NCBI GenBank assembly: GCA_028700905.1
Contig: JAQVRT010000005.1
Location: forward strand, 1 to 22,157
Direction: 5' to 3'
Origin: Candidatus Iainarchaeum sp.
GTDB lineage: Archaea > Iainarchaeota > Iainarchaeia > Iainarchaeales > CSSED10-239
DNA: 22,157 nt
Each line of letters starts with the position of its first letter. The stretch's first letter is position 1. This document shows positions 8,312 to 16,006 of the stretch, in pieces. Both the position numbers and the translations under genes were made by a program. Under the pieces are notes generated by a model, which was not told where the DNA came from, did not search any database, and was given only the letters and a program-made list of their open reading frames with translations.

Positions 8312-8393
8312 TGCAAGGGACAGGATTCGAACCTGCGAAGCACTAAGCACATGGTCCTAAGCCATGCCCCTTTGACCACTTGGGTACCCCTGC
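8312..8393 (-). tRNA. tRNA-Leu(UAG): tRNA-Leu, anticodon UAG, class II (long variable arm), no encoded CCA
   Basis: The reverse complement folds by hand. Acceptor GCAGGGG/CCCTTGC, with one G-U pair. D stem CCC/GGG around AAGTGGTCAAA. Anticodon stem CATGG/CCATG with loop CT-TAG-GA. 13-nt variable region. T arm GCAGG-TTCGAAT-CCTGT. Discriminator A. A GC-rich island in AT-rich DNA. Pairing in the variable arm is weak. Confidence 0.88.
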
Positions 8394-8409
8394 TTATTTT
8401 TATTATATA

Positions 8410-8423
8410 TTTATAAATATTTA
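8410..8423. promoter_or_regulatory. TATA-like element (TTTATAAATATTTA) in the divergent tRNA-Leu / glyS spacer
   Basis: A near-palindromic TTTATAAA box lies 17-30 nt upstream of the tRNA-Leu 5' end (8393), the expected distance for an archaeal TATA box. A second TATA-like run, TTAAATATAAA at 8456-8466, precedes the glyS ATG. In DNA this AT-rich such matches are weak evidence. Confidence 0.35.
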
Positions 8424-8477
8424 TTAAACCAATATATATTTATAATATTTGATTATTAAATATAAATGTGACAAAAT

Positions 8478-9986
8478 ATGGATAACTTAAATATTGATAG
8501 ATTTAATGAAATGATTTCGACAAGAGCTTTTTATTTTCCTTCAGCAGAAATCTATTCTAAAAACTTTGCTGGTTTTTATGAATATGGTCCTTTAGGAAAT
8601 AAAATAAGACTTAAGATTATTGATTTCTGGAGAAAAGAATTTGTAAATAAAAATAATTTCTTAGAAATTTCTGGTTCAATTATTTTGCCAGAACCTGTTT
8701 TTCAAGCTTCTGGTCATCTTAAAAATTTTGACGATCCAATTGCAACATGTTCTAAAACTGGAAAATCTTATAAACTTGATAAATATTTATCAGAAAAATT
8801 AAATCTTGAGATACCTGAAGGATTATCTATTGAAGAATATCAAAAATTAATTACTGATAATAATATAAAGTCAGAAGATGATGGAGATTTAATAAATATA
8901 AAAAGATTTAATCTTATGGCTTATATAAATGTAGGTGTGCAAGAAGGTAACAAAGGATATTTAAGAGGAGAATCTTGCCAATCAATTTTTTTAGATTTTC
9001 CAAGAATATATAAATCTTCAAGAAATACACTTCCAATAACTCTCTCTCAACATGGAAAAGTTTACAGAAATGAAATTTCTCCAAGACAAGGTCTTATAAG
9101 ATGTAGAGAGTTTGAACAACTTGAAACAGAAATGTTTTTTGATCCTGATAAGATAGATGATTGCGACTTATCAAGTATTCAAGATTATAAAATAAGATTT
9201 TTACTTTTAAAAGATGGTGTTGAAAAAGATTATACAGTAAAAGAAATTACTGAAAATAAGATTTCTTTAGGTAATCTTTTAACATTTTATCTATATTTAA
9301 AACAAAAGTTTTTAGATGATATAGGTATTACTCATGAAAAATTAAGATTCAGAGAAGTTCCTGATAATGATAGGGCTTTCTATTCAAAGCAAACTTTTGA
9401 TCTAGAAGTTAATTCTTCTTTAGGTTGGATAGAACTTTTTTCTTTTAATTATAGAACAGATCATGATTTAAAAGCACATGGTCAAGGTTCTAAAAAAGAT
9501 TTATCTGTTAAGGAAGAAGGAAAAACAATTAACCCTCATGTTTTAGAAGTTTCTTCAATAGGTCTTGATAGATTATTTTATGTTCTTTTAGAAAATTCTT
9601 TTGAAGTTAAAAAAGAAGGTGAAGAATTAAGAAATATTCTTCATTTAAAACCAAAAATTTCTCCTTATTTTTGTGCAATTTTGCCTTTAGTTAAAAAAGA
9701 TGGTATTTTAGAGATTGGACAAGAATTATTGTCAGATATCTTGGACAAAAATTTTGGTGTTTTTGAAGTCTTTTTTGATGAAAAAGGTTCTATTGGTAAA
9801 AGATATGCTCGTTTAGATGAAATTGGTTGTAACTATTGTATAACTATTGATCATCAAACAAAAGAAGATAATACTGTAACTATTAGAGATAGAGATTCTT
9901 TTGATCAAAAGAGAGTTAATGTTTCTAATTTATCAAAAATATTATTTGATCTTTATTTTGAAAAGATTAATTTTAAGGATCTTTAG
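8478..9986 (+). CDS. glyS: Glycyl-tRNA synthetase, archaeal/eukaryotic dimeric type
   Basis: RAFYFPSAEIY...GFYEYGPLG at the N-terminus. Class II motif 2: YRNEISPRQGLIRCREFEQLETEMFF. Motif 3: GLDRLFYVLLE. Anticodon-binding domain: GSIGKRYARLDEIGCNYCITIDHQT...VTIRDRDSFDQKR. Confidence 0.95.
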   Translation: MDNLNIDRFNEMISTRAFYFPSAEIYSKNFAGFYEYGPLGNKIRLKIIDFWRKEFVNKNNFLEISGSIILPEPVFQASGHLKNFDDPIATCSKTGKSYKLDKYLSEKLNLEIPEGLSIEEYQKLITDNNIKSEDDGDLINIKRFNLMAYINVGVQEGNKGYLRGESCQSIFLDFPRIYKSSRNTLPITLSQHGKVYRNEISPRQGLIRCREFEQLETEMFFDPDKIDDCDLSSIQDYKIRFLLLKDGVEKDYTVKEITENKISLGNLLTFYLYLKQKFLDDIGITHEKLRFREVPDNDRAFYSKQTFDLEVNSSLGWIELFSFNYRTDHDLKAHGQGSKKDLSVKEEGKTINPHVLEVSSIGLDRLFYVLLENSFEVKKEGEELRNILHLKPKISPYFCAILPLVKKDGILEIGQELLSDILDKNFGVFEVFFDEKGSIGKRYARLDEIGCNYCITIDHQTKEDNTVTIRDRDSFDQKRVNVSNLSKILFDLYFEKINFKDL

Positions 9987-9988
9987 AT

Positions 9989-10342
9989 ATGAATTTTAAA
10001 AAATACTTTAAAGGTGGAGCTTTAGCTATAGTTGGATATATTCTTTCACCTTTATCTTTTTGGAATGATTTTTTAGTAAATATTCCTATTGCTTATGGTT
10101 TGTCTTATTTATTATCTTTTTTAATAAAAGATATTTTTCTTGAAAGTATGATTTTCTTTTATTGGGTTTCAAATGTTGTAGGTATGTTAATGATGCATTT
10201 TGGAATAAAAGATATGGTCTCAAAAGACACTAAATTTACAAAAAAAGATTTAATTATAAATATTTTAATTTCTATAGGGTATACTTTATTAATTGTAATT
10301 TTAATTAAACTTAATATCTTAAAATTACCTTTTAGTTATTAA
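9989..10342 (+). CDS. Small polytopic membrane protein, unknown function
   Basis: 117 aa with about 3-4 hydrophobic helices (ALAIVGYILSPLSFW, IPIAYGLSYLLSFLI, MIFFYWVSNVVGMLMMHF, ILISIGYTLLIVILI). It starts 2 nt after the glyS stop on the same strand. Confidence 0.6.
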   Translation: MNFKKYFKGGALAIVGYILSPLSFWNDFLVNIPIAYGLSYLLSFLIKDIFLESMIFFYWVSNVVGMLMMHFGIKDMVSKDTKFTKKDLIINILISIGYTLLIVILIKLNILKLPFSY

Positions 10343-10360
10343 AAAAAAAGAAAAAGAAAG
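10343..10360 (-). terminator. T-rich tract 3' of the peroxiredoxin gene
   Basis: The convergent spacer aaaaaaagaaaaagaaag reads CTTTCTTTTTCTTTTTTT on the minus strand, directly after the prx stop at 10363-10365. Confidence 0.35.
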
Positions 10361-10362
10361 AT

Positions 10363-10926
10363 TTAAATCTTTCCAACAAGATCTAAACCTGGTTTTAATG
10401 TTTTTTCTCCAGGATGCCAGTTCATAGGACAAACTTCTCCATTATGTTCTCTTGTAAATTTAGCTGCTTCTATTTTTCTTAAAAGTTCATGAACTGATCT
10501 TCCAATATCATTATTATGGAATTCAAAAGCTTTTACTATTCCATCAGGGTCAATTAAAAAAGTTGCTCTTAATGATAATCCTTCGTCTTCAATTAATGTC
10601 TCATAAGCTTTACAAACTCTCATTGCAGGATCTGCAAGCATTGGAAATTTAATTGGTTTAATAGCTTCTGAAGTATCATGCCATGCTTTGTGTGAAAAAG
10701 CTGTATCTGTGCTTACAGATATAATTTCTGCATCAAGTTTTTTAAATTCTTCATAATGTCTTGCAAGTTCTTGAAGTTCTGTTGGACACACAAAAGTAAA
10801 GTCTGCAGGATAGAAAAATAATACAACCCATTTTCCTTTATATTCTTCTAGACTTATTTTTTTTATTTCGTTATTTACAAAAGCATCTTCTTTAAAGTTT
10901 GGTGCTTCTTGGTTTATTTTTATCAT
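10363..10926 (-). CDS. Typical 2-Cys peroxiredoxin (AhpC/Prx1 subfamily)
   Basis: The peroxidatic Cys motif is VVLFFYPADFTFVCPTE. The resolving Cys context, GEVCPMNWHPGEKTLKP, lies near the C-terminus. Confidence 0.92.
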   Translation of the reverse strand: MIKINQEAPNFKEDAFVNNEIKKISLEEYKGKWVVLFFYPADFTFVCPTELQELARHYEEFKKLDAEIISVSTDTAFSHKAWHDTSEAIKPIKFPMLADPAMRVCKAYETLIEDEGLSLRATFLIDPDGIVKAFEFHNNDIGRSVHELLRKIEAAKFTREHNGEVCPMNWHPGEKTLKPGLDLVGKI

Positions 10927-10999
10927 TTAATCACTCCGATATTTTTTTTTAAAATTTTATAAAATAGAATAAGTATATATATTATGTAACATAAACTTT

Positions 11000-11017
11000 A
11001 AATAACATATGTTATTT
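11000..11017. promoter_or_regulatory. Perfect 18-bp palindrome AAATAACATATGTTATTT in the divergent prx / PPIase spacer; candidate operator
   Basis: I checked all 9 base pairs by hand. It lies 74-91 nt upstream of the prx ATG (10926) and 55-72 nt upstream of the PPIase ATG (11072). An extra TAACAT half-site copy sits at 10987-10992. Confidence 0.35.
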
Positions 11018-11071
11018 GATTCATTTATTTAGCCTTATTATTTTAAAAATCTTTTTAAGCATACTATTAAT

Positions 11072-11686
11072 ATGAAGCAAACAAAAATAATAATATTAAG
11101 TTTATCAATAGTTCTATTAATTTTAATTGTTTATTTTATATTTAGTTTAACTACAGATAATACTACAAAAAAAGAGAGGTATCCAACCATGATTGTTATA
11201 GAAACATCTTTAGGTAATATTGAAATTGAGCTTTTTGATAAGAATGCTCCTATTTCAGTTGCAAACTTTAAAAAATATGTCTCCTCAAATTTTTATGATG
11301 GAGTTGTTTTTCATAGAGTTATAAAAAATTTCATGGTTCAAACAGGTGGATTTAATACAGATGGTTCTGAGAAAGAGACTTATGATCCTATTGTTTTAGA
11401 ACAAACAAATATAACTGGTTTAAGTAATCTTAAAGGAACTGTTTCTATGGCAAGGACTATGGATCCAGATTCTGCAACAAGTCAATTTTTTATAAATACT
11501 GTTGATAATTTATTTTTAGATTATAAAGATTCTAAAAATCCAGGATATGCTGTATTTGGTAAAGTTGTTTCAGGTATGGATGTTGTTTTAAAAATTGAAT
11601 CTCTTGAAACTACAACAAAGTATGATTATTATCAAGATTGGCCTGTTGAAGATGTTGTAATTAAAAAAGTATATATTAAAGAATAG
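11072..11686 (+). CDS. Cyclophilin-type peptidyl-prolyl cis-trans isomerase with an N-terminal membrane anchor or signal
   Basis: FHRVIKNFMVQTGG, GTVSMARTMDPDSATSQFFIN and GYAVFGKVVSGMDVV are canonical cyclophilin motifs. The N-terminus KIIILSLSIVLLILIVYFIF is hydrophobic. Confidence 0.92.
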   Translation: MKQTKIIILSLSIVLLILIVYFIFSLTTDNTTKKERYPTMIVIETSLGNIEIELFDKNAPISVANFKKYVSSNFYDGVVFHRVIKNFMVQTGGFNTDGSEKETYDPIVLEQTNITGLSNLKGTVSMARTMDPDSATSQFFINTVDNLFLDYKDSKNPGYAVFGKVVSGMDVVLKIESLETTTKYDYYQDWPVEDVVIKKVYIKE

Positions 11687-11721
11687 TTTATTTTAAATAA
11701 ACTTTCTTTCTTTTCTTTATT
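11686..11721 (+). terminator. AT-rich hairpin (GTTTATTT-t-AAATAAAC) followed by a T-rich tract, between the PPIase and CaCA genes
   Basis: 8-bp perfect arms at 11686-11702, then tttctttcttttctttatt. The stem is weak, with only one G-C pair. Termination would depend mainly on the T tracts. Confidence 0.3.
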
Positions 11722-12663
11722 ATGTTAGAATTATTTTTATGGATTTTAGTTTTTTTAGCCTCTTTATTTTTTTTAATAAAGGCTTCTAGTTATTTTATAA
11801 AATCTTCAGAAAATATTGGTGTTTTTTTAAAATTGCCTCCAATAGTTATTGGTGTTATAATTTTAAGTATAGGAACTTCTCTTCCAGAATTAATTTCCTC
11901 AATTTTTGCAATTTTAAAAGGTTCTTCTGAAATTGTTGTATCAACTGTTATTGGTTCAAATATTGCAAATTTATTTTTAATATTAGGAATAACTGCAATT
12001 ATTGCAAAAAAAATAGTTGTTAATGAAAATATAATCAAGCAAGATCTTCCTTTCTTTATAGGAACTTCTTTTTTATTAGTTTTAATTTTATTTAATGGGT
12101 TTGTTTCTTTTTATGAAACTTTATTATTATTATTTATTTTTGTATTTTATTTAATATATACAATTAAAGAGATTGATTTATCTCAAACAATTGTTGAGAA
12201 AAAACCAAGAAAAAAAGATTTTTTAGTTAATATTTTAATTTTTTCATTAAGTCTATTTGTAATATATATTAGTGCAAAATTTTTAATTGATGCAACAATA
12301 AAGTTATCAACTCTTCTTAATATTGGTACAGAACTAATTGCAATTAGTGCAATTGCTTTTGGAACTTCTCTTCCAGAATTAATTGTTTCAATTAAAGCTG
12401 TTAAGCTTAAAAAATATGATCTTGCAGTAGGAAATATAATTGGTTCAAATATCTTTAATATATTAGGAATATTAGGATTATCTTCAATTTTTGGAAAAGT
12501 AGTTTTTAGTATTTCTAGTTTAATATTCCCTTTAGGATTAATGTTTTTAGGAACAATTTTAATTTATTTTATAATTCTTGATAGAAAAATAACAATACAA
12601 GAAGGTATTTTATTAATTTCATTTTATATTTTATTTTTATTCTTTTTATTACATCTTTTATAA
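11722..12663 (+). CDS. Ca2+/cation antiporter (CaCA family, NCX_Mj/YrbG-like Na+/Ca2+ exchanger)
   Basis: The two alpha-repeat signatures are GTSLPELISS (N-half) and GTSLPELIVS (C-half), each followed by GSNIANL or GSNIFNI. About 10 hydrophobic helices. Confidence 0.9.
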   Translation: MLELFLWILVFLASLFFLIKASSYFIKSSENIGVFLKLPPIVIGVIILSIGTSLPELISSIFAILKGSSEIVVSTVIGSNIANLFLILGITAIIAKKIVVNENIIKQDLPFFIGTSFLLVLILFNGFVSFYETLLLLFIFVFYLIYTIKEIDLSQTIVEKKPRKKDFLVNILIFSLSLFVIYISAKFLIDATIKLSTLLNIGTELIAISAIAFGTSLPELIVSIKAVKLKKYDLAVGNIIGSNIFNILGILGLSSIFGKVVFSISSLIFPLGLMFLGTILIYFIILDRKITIQEGILLISFYILFLFFLLHLL

Positions 12664-13272
12664 TTATTTTTTCTCAAGTAAAATTAGCATGTGATTTTTT
12701 TCAAAAGGATCTAATCTTTTTTGATTTATGATTTTAAATTTATTTCTTAATATGTTTATTTGATCATCAATTGTTTTTTTATGGTTTTTTTGAGAAATTG
12801 CAGATAGTTTTAAACTTAAAAGTGCAAGTCCTTTTTCTTTTAAAAAAAGATCTGCATTTTTAATTAATATTTCTGCTTGATTTTTTTGAGCAATATCTTG
12901 TATTATATAATCAAATTTTTCTGAAATCATTTTTTCATATTCAAAAGGTTTGTTACAATCTCCTAATATAGGGATTATATTTTCTGTATTTTCAGAAAGT
13001 ATTAACAATTTTTGCATACTATATGGGGAAATATCTATCCCGTACACTTTCCCTTTTGTTAGAATATCTGAAATATAAGATATTGTGTATCCTTCAGCAG
13101 CTCCAAGATAAAGCACAGTATCATTTTCTTTAATATTTGGCATTATTCCTTTTTTTATTCCTGCAGCTACTTTTGATCTATTTGGATCCCATTCTCTAAC
13201 TTTTTCTGTTAGTTTATTTTTAGTAAATATCTTCTGATTTTTTAAAATTATTTGTTTATTCATTAATTTCAC
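12664..13272 (-). CDS. flpA: Fibrillarin, C/D box sRNP 2'-O-methyltransferase
   Basis: REWDPNRSKVAAGI and the SAM-binding VLYLGAAEGYTISYISDI match archaeal fibrillarin (WNPxRSKLAA; VLYLGAASGTTxSHxSDI). It lies downstream of and overlapping nop5, the canonical operon arrangement. An internal Met at aa 4 is an alternative start. Confidence 0.92.
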   Translation of the reverse strand: MKLMNKQIILKNQKIFTKNKLTEKVREWDPNRSKVAAGIKKGIMPNIKENDTVLYLGAAEGYTISYISDILTKGKVYGIDISPYSMQKLLILSENTENIIPILGDCNKPFEYEKMISEKFDYIIQDIAQKNQAEILIKNADLFLKEKGLALLSLKLSAISQKNHKKTIDDQINILRNKFKIINQKRLDPFEKNHMLILLEKK

Positions 13273-14008
13273 TAATTTTTGTTTTAATTTTATTAATTAA
13301 ATCTTTAGAAATATCTTTTTTTTCAACATCAGCTTTTAAACCTAAGGCAATTTTTGATGCAAGGCTTCTTGCTATTTTAGCTTTCTTTTTATTTGTTAAA
13401 TTAATTATTAAAGGATGATTATATAAAATCCCATATTTAGGAGTTCTTTTATTAAATTTTAAAGCTTTAAAAAAAGATTTCTCTGACCCTAATAATTGTA
13501 TTGTTGATGCTGGATATCTTGAAAGTCTTTCAAAAGATCCTGCAATTTCAATCATTTTACATGCAATTTTAGGTGTTGCAATATTATAAAGATTAATATA
13601 ATTTTCTTTAATTAAAGTATCTATTTTAAGATCTATTTTTTCTTTAGTATCAATTAATTCTAAAATATTCTCACAAAGTTTATTTGTAATTTCTTTAACA
13701 TCTTTTTCAACTGTAATTCCAATATTATAGTTTAATATCTTTAAGATATCTTTTTCTTCTTTAAGATTAAGAGTGTTAATTTTGGTTTTGTCTTCTAAAA
13801 GATAGAACCTACAATAATCTTTAATTCCTAATATTTGATCAATAGATGGATATTCTTGATCAGAAATAATTTTTAGAAGTTCTGTAAGTTCATTTATTTT
13901 TAATTGAAGTTTTTCTACAATTAAAGATAAGTTAATTATCTTTTGATCAGCTTTTTCTAATTTTTCTTTTACTTTATTTTTAGTAATTTGTAATATTTCT
14001 TGTTTCAT
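13256..14008 (-). CDS. nop5: Nop5 (Nop56/58 homologue), short form with only the coiled-coil and Nop domains
   Basis: Nop domain: LSRYPASTIQLLGSEKSFFKALKFNKRTPKYGILYNHPLI...KAKIARSLASKIALGLKAD (compare LPSSTIQVLGAEKALFRHL..PPKHGVIxQHP...RGKIARxLAxKLAIAARVD). The ORF starts at the position equivalent to the start of the coiled-coil domain. Confidence 0.88.
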   Translation of the reverse strand: MKQEILQITKNKVKEKLEKADQKIINLSLIVEKLQLKINELTELLKIISDQEYPSIDQILGIKDYCRFYLLEDKTKINTLNLKEEKDILKILNYNIGITVEKDVKEITNKLCENILELIDTKEKIDLKIDTLIKENYINLYNIATPKIACKMIEIAGSFERLSRYPASTIQLLGSEKSFFKALKFNKRTPKYGILYNHPLIINLTNKKKAKIARSLASKIALGLKADVEKKDISKDLINKIKTKISEINE

Positions 14009-14086
14009 ATTTTCTCTTAACTAAACTAAATATATTTATAGTGGTTTATACTATATAATATTGTTACAATGTGTTTTTAAAAGTGA

Positions 14087-14545
14087 ATGTATATGAACAA
14101 ATTAATTAAATCTTTATACCTTTCAATTATTTTTTCTGGAATAATTTATATTGGTTATTATTTATTAGTAGAAAAAAATAATTATTTAATATTTTTAGGG
14201 ATATTTATAATATTATTTTCAGTAATCTATTTATTTAAACTTAAGAGTGCTCCAAAATATACAAAAAAAGAAGTTATTGAAAAATTTAATCTTCCTGTAA
14301 GTCCAGAAGAATCTTTAGTTGTAATCCCAAAAGAGGTTTTAGTTGAAACAATAGAATCTCCAAGTATAGTTTTTAAAAAAGAATCTTTATCAAAAAAATC
14401 TTTAAAAAAAGCAAAAGATATACCTAAACAGAATGTAAGTTATAAAAATTATGCTGAAGTTTTTAAAAATATCAATCAAAACTTAATTAATGAAAAAAAA
14501 TTAGAAAATGAAAAAGATTCAGAAGAAAAATCTTCTGAAGAATAA
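14087..14545 (+). CDS. Membrane protein (two N-terminal TM helices, Lys/Glu-rich tail), unknown function
   Basis: The 152-aa ORF has LYLSIIFSGIIYIGYYLLV and LIFLGIFIILFSVIYLF, then a charged low-complexity tail ending EKDSEEKSSEE. Confidence 0.55.
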   Translation: MYMNKLIKSLYLSIIFSGIIYIGYYLLVEKNNYLIFLGIFIILFSVIYLFKLKSAPKYTKKEVIEKFNLPVSPEESLVVIPKEVLVETIESPSIVFKKESLSKKSLKKAKDIPKQNVSYKNYAEVFKNINQNLINEKKLENEKDSEEKSSEE

Positions 14546-14547
14546 AT

Positions 14548-14832
14548 TTATTTAACATCAACTTTTTGAGAAATTGCTGTTCCAGGAAGTCCTTTTTCAA
14601 AAATAACTCTTACAGCACCTTTGTTTCCATGTGCAGAAACAATAGTTCCAGTAATTGTTTTTCCTGAACCTGTTTTGTAGATTGTTTTTTTACCTAAAAG
14701 GCTAGAAACTGTTTTTTTATCATTATATTTTTCGTCATCAACTTTTAAAATATATTGATTGTTATATTGAGTTCTAACTCCTCTTCTGTTACTTAAAATT
14801 GTTGCTTGCATATTATTGTCACCTTTTTTCAA
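14548..14832 (-). CDS. rpl35ae: Ribosomal protein L35Ae (eL33)
   Basis: GKTITGTIVSAHGNKGAVRVIFEKGLPGTAISQKV matches the L35Ae C-terminal signature (G.I...HGN.G.VRA.F...LP..A.G..V). An internal Met at aa 8 is an alternative start. Confidence 0.88.
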   Translation of the reverse strand: MKKGDNNMQATILSNRRGVRTQYNNQYILKVDDEKYNDKKTVSSLLGKKTIYKTGSGKTITGTIVSAHGNKGAVRVIFEKGLPGTAISQKVDVK

Positions 14833-14955
14833 ATATTTAAATATTATATCTATATATATTAGAAAACAAAACTCTTTTTAAATGGTTATTTTTTACTAAA
14901 TTTTACCTTAGGCTTTTTAAACAATACCTTGCATTATATATATAGTGATTATTAC

Positions 14956-15642
14956 ATGGAAAAACAACTAAATTGTGGGGTTGACGAAGCTGGAAGAGGC
15001 TGTGTTTTAGGTCCATTAGTCTTAGCTTCTTGTACTTTAGATCCTGAGCAAGAGATTTTTTTTAAAAAACTTGGTGTTAAAGATTCTAAATTATTATCTA
15101 AATCAAAGAGAATAGATTTTTTTAATATTATTAAAGAAAAGTCAACTGAATTTAGTATAATTTTAGTTCCAGCAGAAGAATTAAATGTCTTAATGAATAG
15201 ATATTCTTTAAATGAGATTGAAGCTATAAAAACTGCTGAAATGATTAAAAACTTAAAAATTAATCCAAATGTATTAATATTAGATTGTCCTGATACTAAT
15301 GCAGATAAGTATAAAAAAAGAATGATATCTAATTTTAATATACTTAAGTATGATTATAAATTTAATATTGTTTCAGAACATAAAGCAGATTTAAATCACA
15401 TTTCTGTTTCATGTGCTTCTGTTTTAGCAAAAGTTGTAAGAGATCAAATGATTTTTGAATTAACAGGTCTTGATATTTCAGGATATTCTTCTGATCCTAA
15501 GACTATTAAATATTTAAAAGAATATATTATAAAAAATAAAAAAATTCCTCCTTTTGCAAGAGATAAATGGGAAACAATAAATAATGTTATGAATGAATTA
15601 TATCAAAACAAAATAGGGTGGTTTTATGACAAAAAATCTTGA
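14956..15642 (+). CDS. rnhB: Ribonuclease HII
   Basis: GVDEAGRGCVLGPLV (first catalytic Asp-Glu), GVKDSKLLS, ILDCPD and ASVLAKVVRD are present. I place the start at the ATG at 14956; the track start at 14929 is a TTG adding 9 non-conserved residues. Confidence 0.92.
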   Translation: MEKQLNCGVDEAGRGCVLGPLVLASCTLDPEQEIFFKKLGVKDSKLLSKSKRIDFFNIIKEKSTEFSIILVPAEELNVLMNRYSLNEIEAIKTAEMIKNLKINPNVLILDCPDTNADKYKKRMISNFNILKYDYKFNIVSEHKADLNHISVSCASVLAKVVRDQMIFELTGLDISGYSSDPKTIKYLKEYIIKNKKIPPFARDKWETINNVMNELYQNKIGWFYDKKS

Positions 15643-16006
15643 TGAAATTGACAAAGCAATTAAACAAATGATCTTAGATTTTGCTCGTAAAAACAAACTA
15701 GAAAAATCTGAACCTGTTAATCTTAATATACAGTTTAATAGAGATAAAGATGATTTTGAGATGTGTGATGATATTGATAGTTTTGTTTTTGATAAAGAAA
15801 GTATCTATCTTACAATGTATACACCTCATAATTTAAATAAAATAAGATTTGATGTTGATGATGAAAGAAACATTTTAATGATAAGAAGTCATGATTTTTC
15901 TTTTTATAAAGAAGTTTGGTTGGGTTTTAAAGTTATTAAAGAAAGTATAGTTTCAAGTTATAAAAATAATATTTTAGAGATTAAACTCTCTATTGATAAT
16001 TTGTAA
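15626..16006 (+). CDS. Divergent small heat-shock protein (Hsp20/alpha-crystallin-like), tentative
   Basis: ESIYLTMYTPHNLNKIRFDVDDERNILMIRSH...FYKEVWLGFKVIKESIVSSYKNNILEIKLS follows the alpha-crystallin domain pattern (v.v..d.L.I.g.......f.r...LP..v....i.A.Y.NGVL.I.lp). A GGGTGG Shine-Dalgarno-like sequence lies upstream. It overlaps rnhB by 17 nt. Confidence 0.5.
   Translation: MTKNLDEIDKAIKQMILDFARKNKLEKSEPVNLNIQFNRDKDDFEMCDDIDSFVFDKESIYLTMYTPHNLNKIRFDVDDERNILMIRSHDFSFYKEVWLGFKVIKESIVSSYKNNILEIKLSIDNL

Noticed and set aside
8312-8393. Possible tRNA pseudogene, because the long variable arm of tRNA-Leu pairs poorly
   Set aside because: The acceptor, D, anticodon and T arms all pair correctly. 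The T-loop (TTCGAAT), U33, discriminator A73 and the 3-bp D stem typical of tRNA-Leu are present. The weak variable stem alone is not enough to call it a pseudogene.
14929-14955. TTG start for RNase HII as given on the ORF track
   Set aside because: The extension (HYIYSDYY) is not part of the conserved RNase HII N-terminus. The ATG at 14956 lies 8 codons before the GVDEAGRG motif, the usual distance.
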